DNA of 64,000 bases from Oscillospiraceae bacterium (lineage in GTDB: Bacteria > Bacillota > Clostridia > UBA1381 > UMGS1253), in NCBI GenBank assembly GCA_015068725.1, contig SVKA01000006.1:11562-75561 (forward strand), written 5' to 3'. The position numbers and the translations under genes are program-made. This document shows positions 8,131 through 19,254 of this stretch, piece by piece. Below the pieces are notes generated by a model. The model was not told the origin of the DNA, did not search any database, and saw nothing but the letters and a program-made list of their open reading frames with translations. The first letter of the stretch is position 1. Every line of letters begins with the position of its first letter.

Positions 8131-9813
8131 TCAAACCTCCATAATAACGGGAAGTATCATTGGTGAGCGTTTTGTTTTTTCATACATATAGTCGCTCAGT
8201 GTATTTTTCATCGCAAGCTTTAATGCATTCCAGTCAGTTGCGCCCTTTAAAACGCACGCATCAAGTGCTTCTTTTGTAACCTGACGCGCTTCTTCCATCA
8301 ATTCTTCGGCTTCTCTTACATATACAAAGCCCCTTGATATAATGTCAGGTCCTGCGACGATTTCGCCATTATCTGCACTTATCGAAACGACGCAAACAAT
8401 AAGTCCGTCGTTTGAAAGGTGCTTTCTGTCGCGAAGGACAATGTTTCCAACGTCGCCAACGCCAAGACCATCTACCAAAAGCTTGCCCGATGGTACGGTG
8501 GTGGTCATTTTTGCGCCCTTTTCATCAAGCTCAAGCACACGGCCGTTTTCCATAATAAATACGTTTTTTTCTTCCACGCCCATGAGCGTACCAAGCTGCG
8601 AATGACGGTGCAAATGGCGGTATTCGCCGTGTACGGGCATAAAATATTTTGGTTTTGTAAGAGCAAGCATAAGCTTTAATTCTTCCTGACAAGCGTGCCC
8701 CGAAACGTGCACCTCGGCAAGTGATTCGTATATAACCTCTGTTCCTTGCTTGAAAAGCTCGTTTATAACGCGCGAAATTGTTTTTTCATTACCGGGAATA
8801 GGGCTTGCAGAAACTATGATAAGGTCATTTCTTGTAAGCTCTACCTTGCGGTGGTCAGAATATGCCATTCTGAAAAGCGCGCTCATCGCCTCGCCCTGCG
8901 AGCCTGTGGTTACTATGACAAGCTGATTGTCATTATAGCGGTTTATATCATCAATGCTGATGAGTGTTTTTTCAGGAATTGTCATATAACCAAGAAGTAT
9001 TGCAACCTCAATGATATTTTCCATGCTTCTGCCTGAAACGGCAACTTTTCTTCCATATTTTGCGGCGGTATTTATGATTTGCTGAACTCTGTGAACGTTC
9101 GATGCAAAGGTAGCTACAATAATACGTTTTTCACAGTTTTTGAAGATTTCATCAAAGGTTGAGCCGACGCTTCTCTCGCTCATTGTATAGCCTGCGCGCT
9201 CGACGTTGGTCGAATCACTCATTAAAAGAAGTACACCCTCGCGGCCAAGCTCGCCGAGTCTTGTAAGGTCAATCATTTCACCGTCTATGGGAGTTGAGTC
9301 GATTTTAAAGTCGCCTGTATGAACAACTGTACCGACGGGTGTTTTGATTGCAAGAGCAACCGAGCCTGCAATCGAGTGATTTGAGTGAATAAACTCAACC
9401 ATAAAGGAGCGCCCAATTTTGATACTGTCGCCGGGTTTTACACGATTTAGCTTGGCGCTTGACAATATGTTGTGCTCTTTAAGCTTTGTTTCGATAAGTC
9501 CTATCGTAAGCTTTGTTGCGTACACAGGCACGTTTACTTTCTTTAAAAAGAAGGGCAGGGCACCGATGTGATCTTCGTGTCCGTGTGTAATTACTACGCC
9601 ACGTACCCTTTCAATGTTTTTTTCAAGATACGACGTATCAGGTATGACAAGGTCGATACCGGGCATATCATCGTCGGGGAAAGCAATTCCACAGTCAACA
9701 ACAAAGATGTCGTCGCCGTACTCGAATACCGTCATATTTTTGCCAATTTCGTTCAGGCCGCCTAACGGTATAATTTTAAGTTTTTGTTTTTTTGGCACTA
9801 AAATATCCTCCAT
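8131..9813 (-). CDS. rnj: Ribonuclease J
   Basis: Beta-lactamase/beta-CASP layout, HGHEDHIGA motif, ~560 aa length and a typical N-terminus KIIPLGGLNEIGKNM. Confidence 0.92.
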   Translation of the reverse strand: MEDILVPKKQKLKIIPLGGLNEIGKNMTVFEYGDDIFVVDCGIAFPDDDMPGIDLVIPDTSYLEKNIERVRGVVITHGHEDHIGALPFFLKKVNVPVYATKLTIGLIETKLKEHNILSSAKLNRVKPGDSIKIGRSFMVEFIHSNHSIAGSVALAIKTPVGTVVHTGDFKIDSTPIDGEMIDLTRLGELGREGVLLLMSDSTNVERAGYTMSERSVGSTFDEIFKNCEKRIIVATFASNVHRVQQIINTAAKYGRKVAVSGRSMENIIEVAILLGYMTIPEKTLISIDDINRYNDNQLVIVTTGSQGEAMSALFRMAYSDHRKVELTRNDLIIVSASPIPGNEKTISRVINELFKQGTEVIYESLAEVHVSGHACQEELKLMLALTKPKYFMPVHGEYRHLHRHSQLGTLMGVEEKNVFIMENGRVLELDEKGAKMTTTVPSGKLLVDGLGVGDVGNIVLRDRKHLSNDGLIVCVVSISADNGEIVAGPDIISRGFVYVREAEELMEEARQVTKEALDACVLKGATDWNALKLAMKNTLSDYMYEKTKRSPMILPVIMEV

Positions 9814-10050
9814 TTCATTTAATTTTTCCGCTCATTAATAATAAAAAATAAGTTTATTTAATTTGATATAATATAAATACTGTATTTTCCGAACACAACA
9901 TATTATAATATTTTACCATAAAATTGAACAATAGTCAATCAATGCAATAAAAAAATGCCGCAAAATATGTGTTATATGTTATTTTTTACATACATAACAA
10001 TATTTATACATAAATCTGCGGCAAAAGAACTTATATTAAATTTTTATCAA

Positions 10051-10866
10051 TCAAAATTGTGAGCAAAGCTTGTCATAGCAGGCCTTGATTTGTGGTATTG
10101 TATAACCCTTTTTATCGGTTAGCTCAAAAAGCACGGGGCCTGTGTAGCCCGACTTTAAAAGAAGTGAAAAAATCATTTTCCAGTCATTTACACCCTCATA
10201 AGGCAACAAATGTCTTTCGTTAATGCGGTCATAGTCGCTTACGTGTATGGTGATGATTTTGTCGCCGAATGCCTTTATAAAATCTTCGTTTGTATCCGTA
10301 AGAAGATGGTTTGTATCAAAGCATACGCGAAGTCTGAAATCGGCTGAAACAATTTTTGCCGTATCTTCAATAGTGTTTGCAAGGCATGTGCGCGGCAGAC
10401 ATTCCACCGCAAGCTCAGCTCCGAGTCTTTCAGCTTCATCTGCAAGAATTCTTATCGATGCCTTTGCATTTTCTGTGTGAATAAATCTTTTGTCGGGCTC
10501 AATCGGCTCATACGAGGGGTGAATTACAAATATTTTTATATCTGTATTTTCGCGCACAAAACGCATCATATCAAGCTGACGCTCGATTGCCTTTTTACGA
10601 ACTTCCTTATCAAGCGAGGCAATATCGTATGGGTCCCAAAACGAAAGATGTGCCGACCAGAGCTTGATATCCGCTTTTTTACAAGAATCAATAAGCTTTA
10701 ACCAATGACTTTGAATTACCTCATTTTCCATTCCGGGACATACTCCACCGATTGAAAGCTCTAACATATCAATTCCATTATCCTTGCACTCTTTTAGCAC
10801 TTCATAATCAGCCGAGGGCAAAAATGAGCTTGAAATTGCAAGTGGATTATTTGAAAGTTTTATCAT
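10051..10866 (-). CDS. Sugar phosphate isomerase/epimerase (xylose-isomerase-like TIM barrel)
   Basis: 271 aa with AP_endonuc_2-type pattern (VECLPR, FDTNHL, IHVSD, LFEL). Starts 40 nt after the polC stop on the same strand. Confidence 0.7.
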   Translation of the reverse strand: MIKLSNNPLAISSSFLPSADYEVLKECKDNGIDMLELSIGGVCPGMENEVIQSHWLKLIDSCKKADIKLWSAHLSFWDPYDIASLDKEVRKKAIERQLDMMRFVRENTDIKIFVIHPSYEPIEPDKRFIHTENAKASIRILADEAERLGAELAVECLPRTCLANTIEDTAKIVSADFRLRVCFDTNHLLTDTNEDFIKAFGDKIITIHVSDYDRINERHLLPYEGVNDWKMIFSLLLKSGYTGPVLFELTDKKGYTIPQIKACYDKLCSQF

Positions 10867-10906
10867 AAGTTAACACGCCTTTCTGTTTTGTATATGTAAG
10901 ATAAAT

Positions 10907-13900
10907 TTAACCAAGTAAATCTTCAAGAGACATCTGCGAGCTTGCCTGCATTCCGTTAAAGCAGCCGCTTTGTTCGAGTGAATCAAGGGCAGTTTTACTG
11001 ATTTTTGTTCGCATATGAAGGTCCTCGATTGAGTGGAATATTCCCTTCTCACGCTCTTCGCATATTGTAGTGGCCTGCGCAATGCTCACGTTTGGCAGAC
11101 TCGAAAGAGGGGGAAGAATTTTGTCGCCCTTTGGCAAAAAGTTTTTAGCATCCGACTCATACAAATCAACCGGTAAAAAGTCAAATCCGCGCGCATACAT
11201 TTCGCGGCAAAGCTCAAGTGTAGTGTATAAATCCTTATCCTTTTGTGTCGGGAGCGGAATGTTTTTTATATTTTTCATTGCCGCAAGAACCGTTTCAGCT
11301 CCATGGCACATAATGCTTGCATCAAATGCACCGAGCGCACGTATCGTAAAGTACGCACAGTAATATGCAATAGGGTAGTGCACCTTGCAGTAAGCAATAC
11401 GAAACGCCATCATTACGTATGCAACCGCATGCGCTTTCGGGAACATATACTTGATTTTGTTACATGAGTCTATATACCACTGCGGAACTTCGTGCGCCTT
11501 CATTTCGATTTCATCATCGCTGCTGAGGCCTTTTCCCTTACGCACCTTTTCCATTATTGTAAATGCCAGTTTTGGTTCAAGCCCCATATGTATAAGATAA
11601 ATCATTATATCATCACGCGTACAGATAGCTTCTGAAAGAACGATTTCGCCGCTTTGGATATAATCCTGCGCGTTGTTTGTCCAAACGTCTGTACCATGCG
11701 AAAGCCCCGATATACGAAGAAGCTCTGAAAACTTGGTCGGCTTTGTATCGACAAGCATCTGACGCACAAAATTTGTACCAAATTCAGGTACACCAAAGGT
11801 TCCGACCTCGCTTCCGATATCTTCACTTGTAACGTTAAGAGCTTCAGTATTCAGGAAAAGCGACAATGTCGGCTTGTCATCGAGCGGAATTTTCTTTGCG
11901 TCAATTCCCGTCAAATCCTCAAGCATTCTTATAACTGTCGGGTCATCGTGTCCGAGTATATCAAGCTTTAAAAGATTATCGTGGATGGAATGATAATCAA
12001 AATGCGTTGTTATAATTGTACTGTCCGCATCGTCGGCGGGGTGTTGTACGGGACAGAACTGATGTATATCGTTTGCCTTTGGCAAAATTATTACACCGCC
12101 CGGATGCTGACCGGTTGTGCGCTTTACGCCCGTACAGCCGAGCGAAATACGCTTGATTTCTGCATTATGAGCGACGATTGAGCGCTCATCAAAATATTTT
12201 TTAGCGTAGCCAAAGGCGGTTTTTTCGGCGATTGTGCCGATTGTTCCTGCACGAAAGACGTGCCCTTCGCCAAAAAGCTCCTCTGTATATTTATGTGCAA
12301 CGCTCTGATATTCGCCCGAAAAGTTAAGGTCGATATCAGGCTCTTTGTCGCCCTCGAAGCCCAAAAATGTTTCGAACGGAATGTCGTGTCCGTCTTTGGC
12401 ATAATTTTCGCCGCAAACAGGGCATACCTTATCTGGAAGGTCGCACCCAGATAAACCCGAGCCATCTGTGATAAACTCGCTGTGCTTGCAATTTTTGCAA
12501 ATATAATGCGCGGGAAGAGCGTTAACCTCTGTAATGCCCGACAAAAATGCGACAAATGACGAGCCGACAGAGCCACGCGAGCCGACCAGATATCCGTCGG
12601 AGAGCGACTTGCTTACAAGCTGCTGGGCGATTTTATACATAACCGAAAAGCCGTATGTGGTAATTGATTTTAGCTCTTTGTCCATACGCTGCTTTACAAT
12701 ATCGGGAAGTGGCTCGCCATAGATTTGTTTTGCCTTTTCGTTTGACATATTGATTATATCCTCCTGCGCGCCTTCAATGCTCGGCGGATACGTTCCTGAG
12801 CGTACGGGTGCAAGCACCTCGGTCATTTCACTTATGATATTTGGATTTTTTACTACAACCTCATATGCCGTTTCTTCGCCAAGATAGTCAAATTCATCGA
12901 GCATTTCCTGCGTTGTGCGAAGATATAACGGCGCCTGAAAATCAGCATCGTCAAAGCCTTTTCCTGCCATCAGCACACGGCGAAAAACCTCGTCCTCGGG
13001 GTCTAAAAAGTGAACGTCGCCCGTAGCAACGGTGAGCTTTCCGTGTTTTTTTCCAAGGGCAATAATTTTTTTGTTAATCTCCTGCAGATCCTCTTTTGAG
13101 CCAACCTGACCGTTTCTGAGCATAAATTCGTTGTTTCCGAGAGGCTGAATTTCAAAATAGTCATAAAATGCAGCGATATTGTCGATTTCCTGGGCGCTGC
13201 GACCTGAAAAAATTGCCTGATAAAGCTCGCCCGATTCACACGCAGAGCCGATGATAAGTCCTTCGCGATGCTTGTTTATAAGGCTTTTTGGCATACGCGG
13301 TGTACGGTAAAAATAGTCAAGATGCGACGCAGAGATAAGCCTGTACAAATTTTCGAGTCCGACAGGATTTTTTGCAAGTATGATTATATGATGCGACGGT
13401 ATGCCGCGCACATCAATTTTATCTCCAAAACAGGTGTTTAGCTCACATACATCGGTTACATTCATTTTTGAAAGCGCTTCTAGCATTTTTCTAAATATAT
13501 GAGCCGTTGCAAGAGCGTCATCGACAGCTCTGTGATGATTTTCAAGCGTTACTTTCAAATGCTTTGTAAGATTGTTTAATTTGTGGTTTTTAAGCTCGGG
13601 ATAAAGCTTTCGTGCAAGAGAGAGTGTATCGACATAGCACATAGAAAAGCTTTTGCCCATTCTTTCAAGGCTTGTACGAATAAAGCCTGTGTCAAAGTTT
13701 GCATTATGTGCTACAAGAACGCATCCCTCGCAAAAGCTTATAAAATCGGTTACTGCTTTTTCCTCCTTAGGTGCGCCCTTTACCATCGCATCATTAATCC
13801 CCGTAAGCTCGGTGATTTTTTGCGGTATCGCTACGGGCGGCTCGACAAAGGTGGAAAATGAATCTACAATTTCGCCTTCCCTGATTTTTACTGCGCCGAT

Positions 13901-14926
13901 TTCTATAATAAAGTTTGTTTCGGCGGAAAGCCCCGTCGTTTCAAGGTCGAAAACGACAAATGTATCGTTTAATTTGTGTGGTTTTTCATTATATGCAATA
14001 AGCGAGCGGTCGTCTACAACATAACCCTCTACGCCATATATTACTTTTATATTATTGTCCTTTGCGGCTTTTGCCGCCTCTGGAAATGCCTGCACAACGC
14101 CGTGGTCAGTTATAGCGATAGCTTTGTGCCCCCACGATGCCGCGCGCGCTATAAGGTCTGTTGCGCTCGACACTCCGTCCATAGTCGACATTTGCGTATG
14201 CATATGAAGCTCTACGCGCTTTTCTTTTGCATCATCTGTTTTTAATGGCGGAGCTTCAAGCTCATTTATATCATAAGCGGTGATAACAGTGTCGCGCGAA
14301 TATTTATCGTAAGCAACATCACCGTATACAGACACCCATTTGCCTTTTTTTAGACGCTTTTCAACTTTTTCTTTTTGCGCGCTGTCGCGCGTATGACCAA
14401 AAGAGCCATCTGCATTTTTCCTTGGCTGAAGATTGCAAAACAGCTTTACTGTTCGTGAATCCTTTTTATCTGTGATATCAAATGTTACAATCCACGAATG
14501 GTCTTTTCTTTCAAGCCATTCAACACAGAATATTTCGCCGCTTGTACGAACTCGTCCTGCTTCGGGGGTTACCTCGTCAAGGGCTAAAAGCTTGCCTTTG
14601 ATTTTTTTGCCTGCTATCACCTCGCTCGGCTTATTTGTGCCAAGCTGCGACTCAAACTGCTTTATAAGAGCCTCTTGTTCCGCCTGTTGGCGCAGCATTA
14701 TTTCGCTAACCACGTTTGATGATGGAATTTGTATATTTATATCATCAAGTCTATATTTAGTTATAAAAGTGTTTTTGAGCATCAAAAGCTGAGCTTCGGT
14801 AAGTGTAGACGTTTCAGAAAGCTCAATTGACATTGTGCGCTGCTTTTTATTTACACTGATTTTTGAAAGCTCGACTCCGGCAAGTGTATCGTCGCAGTCA
14901 GCAATCAAATCCTTGATTCTTGTCAT
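10907..14926 (-). CDS. polC: DNA polymerase III PolC-type
   Basis: PHP motif VELHMHTQMSTMDG, inserted 3'-5' exonuclease FVVFDLETTGLS...HRAVDDA, Zn module CKNCKHSEF...CPVCG, and polymerase core. Confidence 0.95.
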   Translation of the reverse strand: MTRIKDLIADCDDTLAGVELSKISVNKKQRTMSIELSETSTLTEAQLLMLKNTFITKYRLDDINIQIPSSNVVSEIMLRQQAEQEALIKQFESQLGTNKPSEVIAGKKIKGKLLALDEVTPEAGRVRTSGEIFCVEWLERKDHSWIVTFDITDKKDSRTVKLFCNLQPRKNADGSFGHTRDSAQKEKVEKRLKKGKWVSVYGDVAYDKYSRDTVITAYDINELEAPPLKTDDAKEKRVELHMHTQMSTMDGVSSATDLIARAASWGHKAIAITDHGVVQAFPEAAKAAKDNNIKVIYGVEGYVVDDRSLIAYNEKPHKLNDTFVVFDLETTGLSAETNFIIEIGAVKIREGEIVDSFSTFVEPPVAIPQKITELTGINDAMVKGAPKEEKAVTDFISFCEGCVLVAHNANFDTGFIRTSLERMGKSFSMCYVDTLSLARKLYPELKNHKLNNLTKHLKVTLENHHRAVDDALATAHIFRKMLEALSKMNVTDVCELNTCFGDKIDVRGIPSHHIIILAKNPVGLENLYRLISASHLDYFYRTPRMPKSLINKHREGLIIGSACESGELYQAIFSGRSAQEIDNIAAFYDYFEIQPLGNNEFMLRNGQVGSKEDLQEINKKIIALGKKHGKLTVATGDVHFLDPEDEVFRRVLMAGKGFDDADFQAPLYLRTTQEMLDEFDYLGEETAYEVVVKNPNIISEMTEVLAPVRSGTYPPSIEGAQEDIINMSNEKAKQIYGEPLPDIVKQRMDKELKSITTYGFSVMYKIAQQLVSKSLSDGYLVGSRGSVGSSFVAFLSGITEVNALPAHYICKNCKHSEFITDGSGLSGCDLPDKVCPVCGENYAKDGHDIPFETFLGFEGDKEPDIDLNFSGEYQSVAHKYTEELFGEGHVFRAGTIGTIAEKTAFGYAKKYFDERSIVAHNAEIKRISLGCTGVKRTTGQHPGGVIILPKANDIHQFCPVQHPADDADSTIITTHFDYHSIHDNLLKLDILGHDDPTVIRMLEDLTGIDAKKIPLDDKPTLSLFLNTEALNVTSEDIGSEVGTFGVPEFGTNFVRQMLVDTKPTKFSELLRISGLSHGTDVWTNNAQDYIQSGEIVLSEAICTRDDIMIYLIHMGLEPKLAFTIMEKVRKGKGLSSDDEIEMKAHEVPQWYIDSCNKIKYMFPKAHAVAYVMMAFRIAYCKVHYPIAYYCAYFTIRALGAFDASIMCHGAETVLAAMKNIKNIPLPTQKDKDLYTTLELCREMYARGFDFLPVDLYESDAKNFLPKGDKILPPLSSLPNVSIAQATTICEEREKGIFHSIEDLHMRTKISKTALDSLEQSGCFNGMQASSQMSLEDLLG

Positions 14927-14955
14927 GGTTTTCTCCTTTTAAGTATAAGGTGAGT

Positions 14956-16017
14956 TTACATTTTCTCAATTTCCTGCATAAGCGTCTTTACTATATTTTC
15001 CTGAGGCACTTTTTTTACAATTTCGCCCTTTTTGAAAATAAGTCCTACGCCATCTCCACCCGCAATTCCAATGTCGGCATCGCGTGCTTCGCCAGGGCCG
15101 TTTACAGCGCAGCCCATAACGGCAACCTTAATATCTTTATCAACATTTTTTGTAAGCTCATATACTTTATTTGCGATTTCAATAAGATTGATGCGGCATC
15201 TTCCGCAAGTAGGGCAGGACACAAAAGTAACACCGCTCTTTCTAAGACCGAGAGCTTTTAAAATTTCAATTCCCGCATAAACCTCTTTTACGGGGTTATC
15301 GGATAAGGACACACGAATTGTATCACCGATGCCTTCAGCAAGAAGTGTGCCTATTCCGACAGATGATTTTACAATGCCGCTCTCGTATGTACCGGCTTCG
15401 GTAACGCCAAGGTGCAAAGGATAGTCGCATTTTTCACTTGCAAGTCGATATGCCTTAATCATAGTAGGCACGTCCGAGGCTTTAAGCGAAAGCGCAATAT
15501 CATAAAAATCGCACTCCTCTAAAAGCTTTGCGTGCCCAAGCGCACTTTCAACAAGAGCTTCGGCAGTAGGCGAGCCATATTTTTGCAAAATGGATTTTTC
15601 GAGTGAACCACCATTCACGCCTATGCGTATGGGTATGTTTTTGCTTTTCGCCATATCGCATACGGCGCGAATTTTGTCTTTATCACCGATGTTGCCGGGA
15701 TTTATGCGTACCTTATCTACGCCGCCCTCCATACAAAGAAGTGCAAGCCGGTAATCAAAATGTATATCACATACAAGTGGTATGCTTATTTGCTTTTTTA
15801 TTTTGCCGACTGCTATTGCCGCCGCCTCGTCAGGTACGGCTACACGCACAATGTCGCAGCCTGCCTTTGTAAGCTCATTTATCTGGGCAACGGTTTTTTC
15901 TACGTCGCGCGTGTCGGTGTTTGTCATTGACTGCACGCTGACAGGGTTTTGGCCACCTATTTTTAAAGAGCCGACAGTTATTTCTTTTGTAATTTTTCTA
16001 TTGTTCATGAAAATCAA
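14956..16017 (-). CDS. ispG: 4-hydroxy-3-methylbut-2-en-1-yl diphosphate synthase
   Basis: [19 protein letters not shown] and the C-terminal SCPTCGR...GCAVNGPGE cluster motifs. Confidence 0.93.
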   Translation of the reverse strand: MIFMNNRKITKEITVGSLKIGGQNPVSVQSMTNTDTRDVEKTVAQINELTKAGCDIVRVAVPDEAAAIAVGKIKKQISIPLVCDIHFDYRLALLCMEGGVDKVRINPGNIGDKDKIRAVCDMAKSKNIPIRIGVNGGSLEKSILQKYGSPTAEALVESALGHAKLLEECDFYDIALSLKASDVPTMIKAYRLASEKCDYPLHLGVTEAGTYESGIVKSSVGIGTLLAEGIGDTIRVSLSDNPVKEVYAGIEILKALGLRKSGVTFVSCPTCGRCRINLIEIANKVYELTKNVDKDIKVAVMGCAVNGPGEARDADIGIAGGDGVGLIFKKGEIVKKVPQENIVKTLMQEIEKM

Positions 16018-16029
16018 ATCCTTTTTGTT

Positions 16030-17178
16030 TTATGAAAATATCCTGATAATATCGTTATACGTTGCAAAAAGCATTAAAGCAATCAAAAGTGCAAAGCCTG
16101 CAAGTTGAATTATTCCTTCATGCTCGGGCTTTAATTTTCTATGTGTAATTGCTTCTGCCAGAATTATCCAAAGCTTGCAGCCGTCAAGGGCGGGAATTGG
16201 CAAAAGGTTCATAACACCAAGGTTTACAGTCAGTAGTGCAATAAGATTAAAAAGCGCTTCGAGGTTAATTCTTGATGCCTGACCTATGACGTTTATTATA
16301 CCGATGGGACCGCTTATCTGTGAGGCGGGAACTGCGCCGCGTATAAGCTCGTAAAGTGAAACATATACGATTTTAATATTATAAAGCGTAAGATAAAATG
16401 CATTTTTTATCACGCCTGTAAATGTTTGCTTTTGCACCTCGGGAACAAAGCCGAGGATATAGCGCGACTGCGTCTGCGTCGTGCCAACGAGCGCTCTGTA
16501 TTCATCAGAATCGGGAGCATCAACGCTCTGACGCTCATCTTCAACTCCGTTAATGGTTGATATAGCGATAAATTCATCCTCGCCATAGATATATGTTACC
16601 TCCTGAAGAGAGGGAGTAACAATTTGCGTAATTATTTCACCGTTTCGTTCTGCTTTGACCTCGACAGGATTTTCGCTTACACGGCTAAGCTCAAAGGATA
16701 GGTCTTCAAATATATTTACTCTTGAACCTCCAACAGATATAATTCTGTCGCCCTTTTGAAAAGAAGAATTTACAAGATTGGTATTTGCGGTAAAATCGGA
16801 AATTGTCGTTGTTGTTAGCGTATTTGTTGATGCTTGTATACACAAAAATATGATAAATCCTAAAACAATATTAAGCGTCGCACCTGCAATTACAACAACA
16901 AAGCGTTTATACCACGCTGCTTTGTTAAATGAGCGCTCATCATCGCTGTCTTCTGTTTCGCCCTCCATCTGACAAAAGCCTCCCATAGGGATAGCGCGCA
17001 GTGAATACAGCGTTTCACCCCGGCGCTTTTTCCATATTGCAGGGCCCATGCCTATTGCAAATTCATTTACACGTATTTTAAAAAGCTTTGCTGCGCCAAA
17101 ATGTCCGAATTCATGGATTGCCACCATAAGAGCAAAAACTAAAATAGCTGTAACAATTGTGCCAATACTGCCTAACAA
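16030..17178 (-). CDS. rseP: RIP metalloprotease RseP/RasP (site-2 protease)
   Basis: HEFGHF zinc motif, central PDZ-like region and NLLPIPALDG motif. Confidence 0.9.
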   Translation of the reverse strand: MLGSIGTIVTAILVFALMVAIHEFGHFGAAKLFKIRVNEFAIGMGPAIWKKRRGETLYSLRAIPMGGFCQMEGETEDSDDERSFNKAAWYKRFVVVIAGATLNIVLGFIIFLCIQASTNTLTTTTISDFTANTNLVNSSFQKGDRIISVGGSRVNIFEDLSFELSRVSENPVEVKAERNGEIITQIVTPSLQEVTYIYGEDEFIAISTINGVEDERQSVDAPDSDEYRALVGTTQTQSRYILGFVPEVQKQTFTGVIKNAFYLTLYNIKIVYVSLYELIRGAVPASQISGPIGIINVIGQASRINLEALFNLIALLTVNLGVMNLLPIPALDGCKLWIILAEAITHRKLKPEHEGIIQLAGFALLIALMLFATYNDIIRIFS

Positions 17179-17200
17179 AAAATCACGTCCTTAAATACTT

Positions 17201-18352
17201 TTATAAAAATTTGCGATATACATACTCGCGTGCCCAGGCGTCTGCGGCGCATATGTTTTCAAGACTGTCTGCATCAGTGTTAGTATATGCGCTCATTGCC
17301 TCACCTATAACATCCGCAATTTCAAGATAGCGTATTTTTTCTTTAAAGAACATATCCACACACGCCTCATCAGCGGCGTTATATACCGCGCTCATTGTGC
17401 CGCCTTCTTTTAATGCTTTATACGCAAGTGGCAGAGCGGGGAAGGTATCCGTATCGGGCTTATCAAAGGTAAGCGTCGATATTTTTGCAAGGTCAAGCGG
17501 CTCGCCACCTATATCTGTTCTGTCAGGATAGGTAAGAGCGTATGCAATTGGAAGATGCATATCAGGCTGACCAAGCTGGGCAATAACGGAGCCGTCTATA
17601 TACTCAACCATCGAGTGTATAATGCTTTGAGGATGCACTAACACGTCTATGTTATCAGGCTCTATGTCAAAAAGCCATTTTGCCTCAATTACCTCAAGTC
17701 CCTTGTTAACAAGTGTAGACGAATCGATGGTTATTTTTGCGCCCATGCTCCAGTTTGGATGTTTTAGTGCCATTTCGGGCGTTATATTTTCAAGCTCGGC
17801 GCGTTTTTTCTTATAAAAAGGACCGCCCGATGCGGTAAGTATGATTTTTCTTACCTGTTTTTTATCCTGCATCCCGGATAGCGACTGAAAAATTGCGCTA
17901 TGCTCACTGTCAACGGGAAGGATTGATATATTGTGCTTTTTTGCAAGATTTGTAACAAGTAGTCCCGCCGCAACCATCGTTTCCTTGTTTGCAAGTGCAA
18001 TATTTTTTCCACTCTCTATTGCGGCAATAGTAGGACGAAGTCCTGCAAAGCCCATAACGGCGGTTAAAACGGTGTCAATTTCATCAATGGTTGCCACCTG
18101 ACACATACCGTCTGTGCCGCTTACTACCTTTACAGAGGTGTCTGCAAGCCTTGTTTTAAGCTCGTCGGCCTTTTTTTCATCATAAGCACACACAAGCTTT
18201 GGTTTAAACTTTCTTGCCTGCGCTTCGAGTAATTCTATATTATTATTTGCACAAAGCCCCAATACATTTATATCGGGGCTTTTTGAAACAATGTCAAGAC
18301 TCTGTGTACCGATTGAACCGGTAGAGCCTAAAATTGATATATTGTGTGCCAT
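17201..18352 (-). CDS. dxr: 1-deoxy-D-xylulose 5-phosphate reductoisomerase
   Basis: ILGSTGSIGTQ NADPH loop and LANKE, SEH, NKGLE motifs. Start taken at the ATG (MAHNISILG) 9 nt after AGAAGG; the ORF-track start is a TTG 9 nt upstream. Confidence 0.93.
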   Translation of the reverse strand: MAHNISILGSTGSIGTQSLDIVSKSPDINVLGLCANNNIELLEAQARKFKPKLVCAYDEKKADELKTRLADTSVKVVSGTDGMCQVATIDEIDTVLTAVMGFAGLRPTIAAIESGKNIALANKETMVAAGLLVTNLAKKHNISILPVDSEHSAIFQSLSGMQDKKQVRKIILTASGGPFYKKKRAELENITPEMALKHPNWSMGAKITIDSSTLVNKGLEVIEAKWLFDIEPDNIDVLVHPQSIIHSMVEYIDGSVIAQLGQPDMHLPIAYALTYPDRTDIGGEPLDLAKISTLTFDKPDTDTFPALPLAYKALKEGGTMSAVYNAADEACVDMFFKEKIRYLEIADVIGEAMSAYTNTDADSLENICAADAWAREYVYRKFL

Positions 18353-18384
18353 TTTACACAACCTTCTTTTTTATTTATCTTAAA

Positions 18385-19212
18385 TTAAAATACACTTATA
18401 CCTGCAAAACGCAACAACGCGCATACGCAAAATACAAACGGTGCAATCATAATCACACTGTCAAAACGGTCAAGCATACCGCCGTGGCCGGGCATTATAT
18501 TGCCAAAATCCTTTACGCCGCAATTTCTTTTAATAAGCGATGCCGTCAAATCGCCAAGCTGGGAAAGAACGGAGCCTATTATACCGATTATAGCAAGCGC
18601 AATATAGTTTGCATTTGTTTTTGATACAAGCACCGAAACAATACCAAGTATGATACAACCGACAGACGAAAAAATTACGCCGCCTATACTGCCTGCAACT
18701 GTTTTTTTTGGACTTATTTCGGGTGCAAGCTTTTTGTGCCCGAAAAGACATCCAATAAAATATGCGCCCGTATCGCTCATCCATGCACATGTGAAAATAA
18801 GGCAAAGATAGTATATGCCAAAGTCAAACGTGCTTCTCATAAGACCGATAAATGAAGAAAACATACTTATATACAAGGTGGCAAAAAGCACCTTGGAAAT
18901 ATCTTCAAAGCTTACTTTCTTATAGCACAAAACGGACTCTATTGCAAGTACACCTATATATGCAATTATTGAAAAGCTAAGCAAAGCATAATCAGATATC
19001 AAGGTTGTATATATAATTGGCAGTGAGCCTATAAGGGCGGTTACAATAAGGGTTTTAGAGAATTTAAATGCACTTAAAAACTCAAAAAGCATAAATAATA
19101 TAACTACCCCAAGAGCGATTTCGAACACAAGTGCATCAGACAGTGCTATTACAAAAAATACCACAAGTCCGATTAGTGCTGAAATGACTCTTGTCATTGT
19201 ACTTTTAGGCAT
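18385..19212 (-). CDS. cdsA: Phosphatidate cytidylyltransferase
   Basis: Polytopic membrane protein with the CDS signature SLIKRNCGVKDFGNIMPGHGGMLDRFDS. Confidence 0.9.
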   Translation of the reverse strand: MPKSTMTRVISALIGLVVFFVIALSDALVFEIALGVVILFMLFEFLSAFKFSKTLIVTALIGSLPIIYTTLISDYALLSFSIIAYIGVLAIESVLCYKKVSFEDISKVLFATLYISMFSSFIGLMRSTFDFGIYYLCLIFTCAWMSDTGAYFIGCLFGHKKLAPEISPKKTVAGSIGGVIFSSVGCIILGIVSVLVSKTNANYIALAIIGIIGSVLSQLGDLTASLIKRNCGVKDFGNIMPGHGGMLDRFDSVIMIAPFVFCVCALLRFAGISVF

Positions 19213-19254
19213 AAAAACTCCTCCGATGCCGATAAATATTCTATGTGCGGCGCT

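Noticed and set aside
9957-10022. 66-nt element with GCCGCA...TGCGGC clamps around an AT-rich core, possibly a long terminator downstream of the TIM-barrel gene
   Set aside because: Only the 6-bp GC clamps and a few internal 6-bp patches pair, and the interior is asymmetric. It may act as a terminator (T-run on the minus strand), but the structure is too weak to annotate with confidence.
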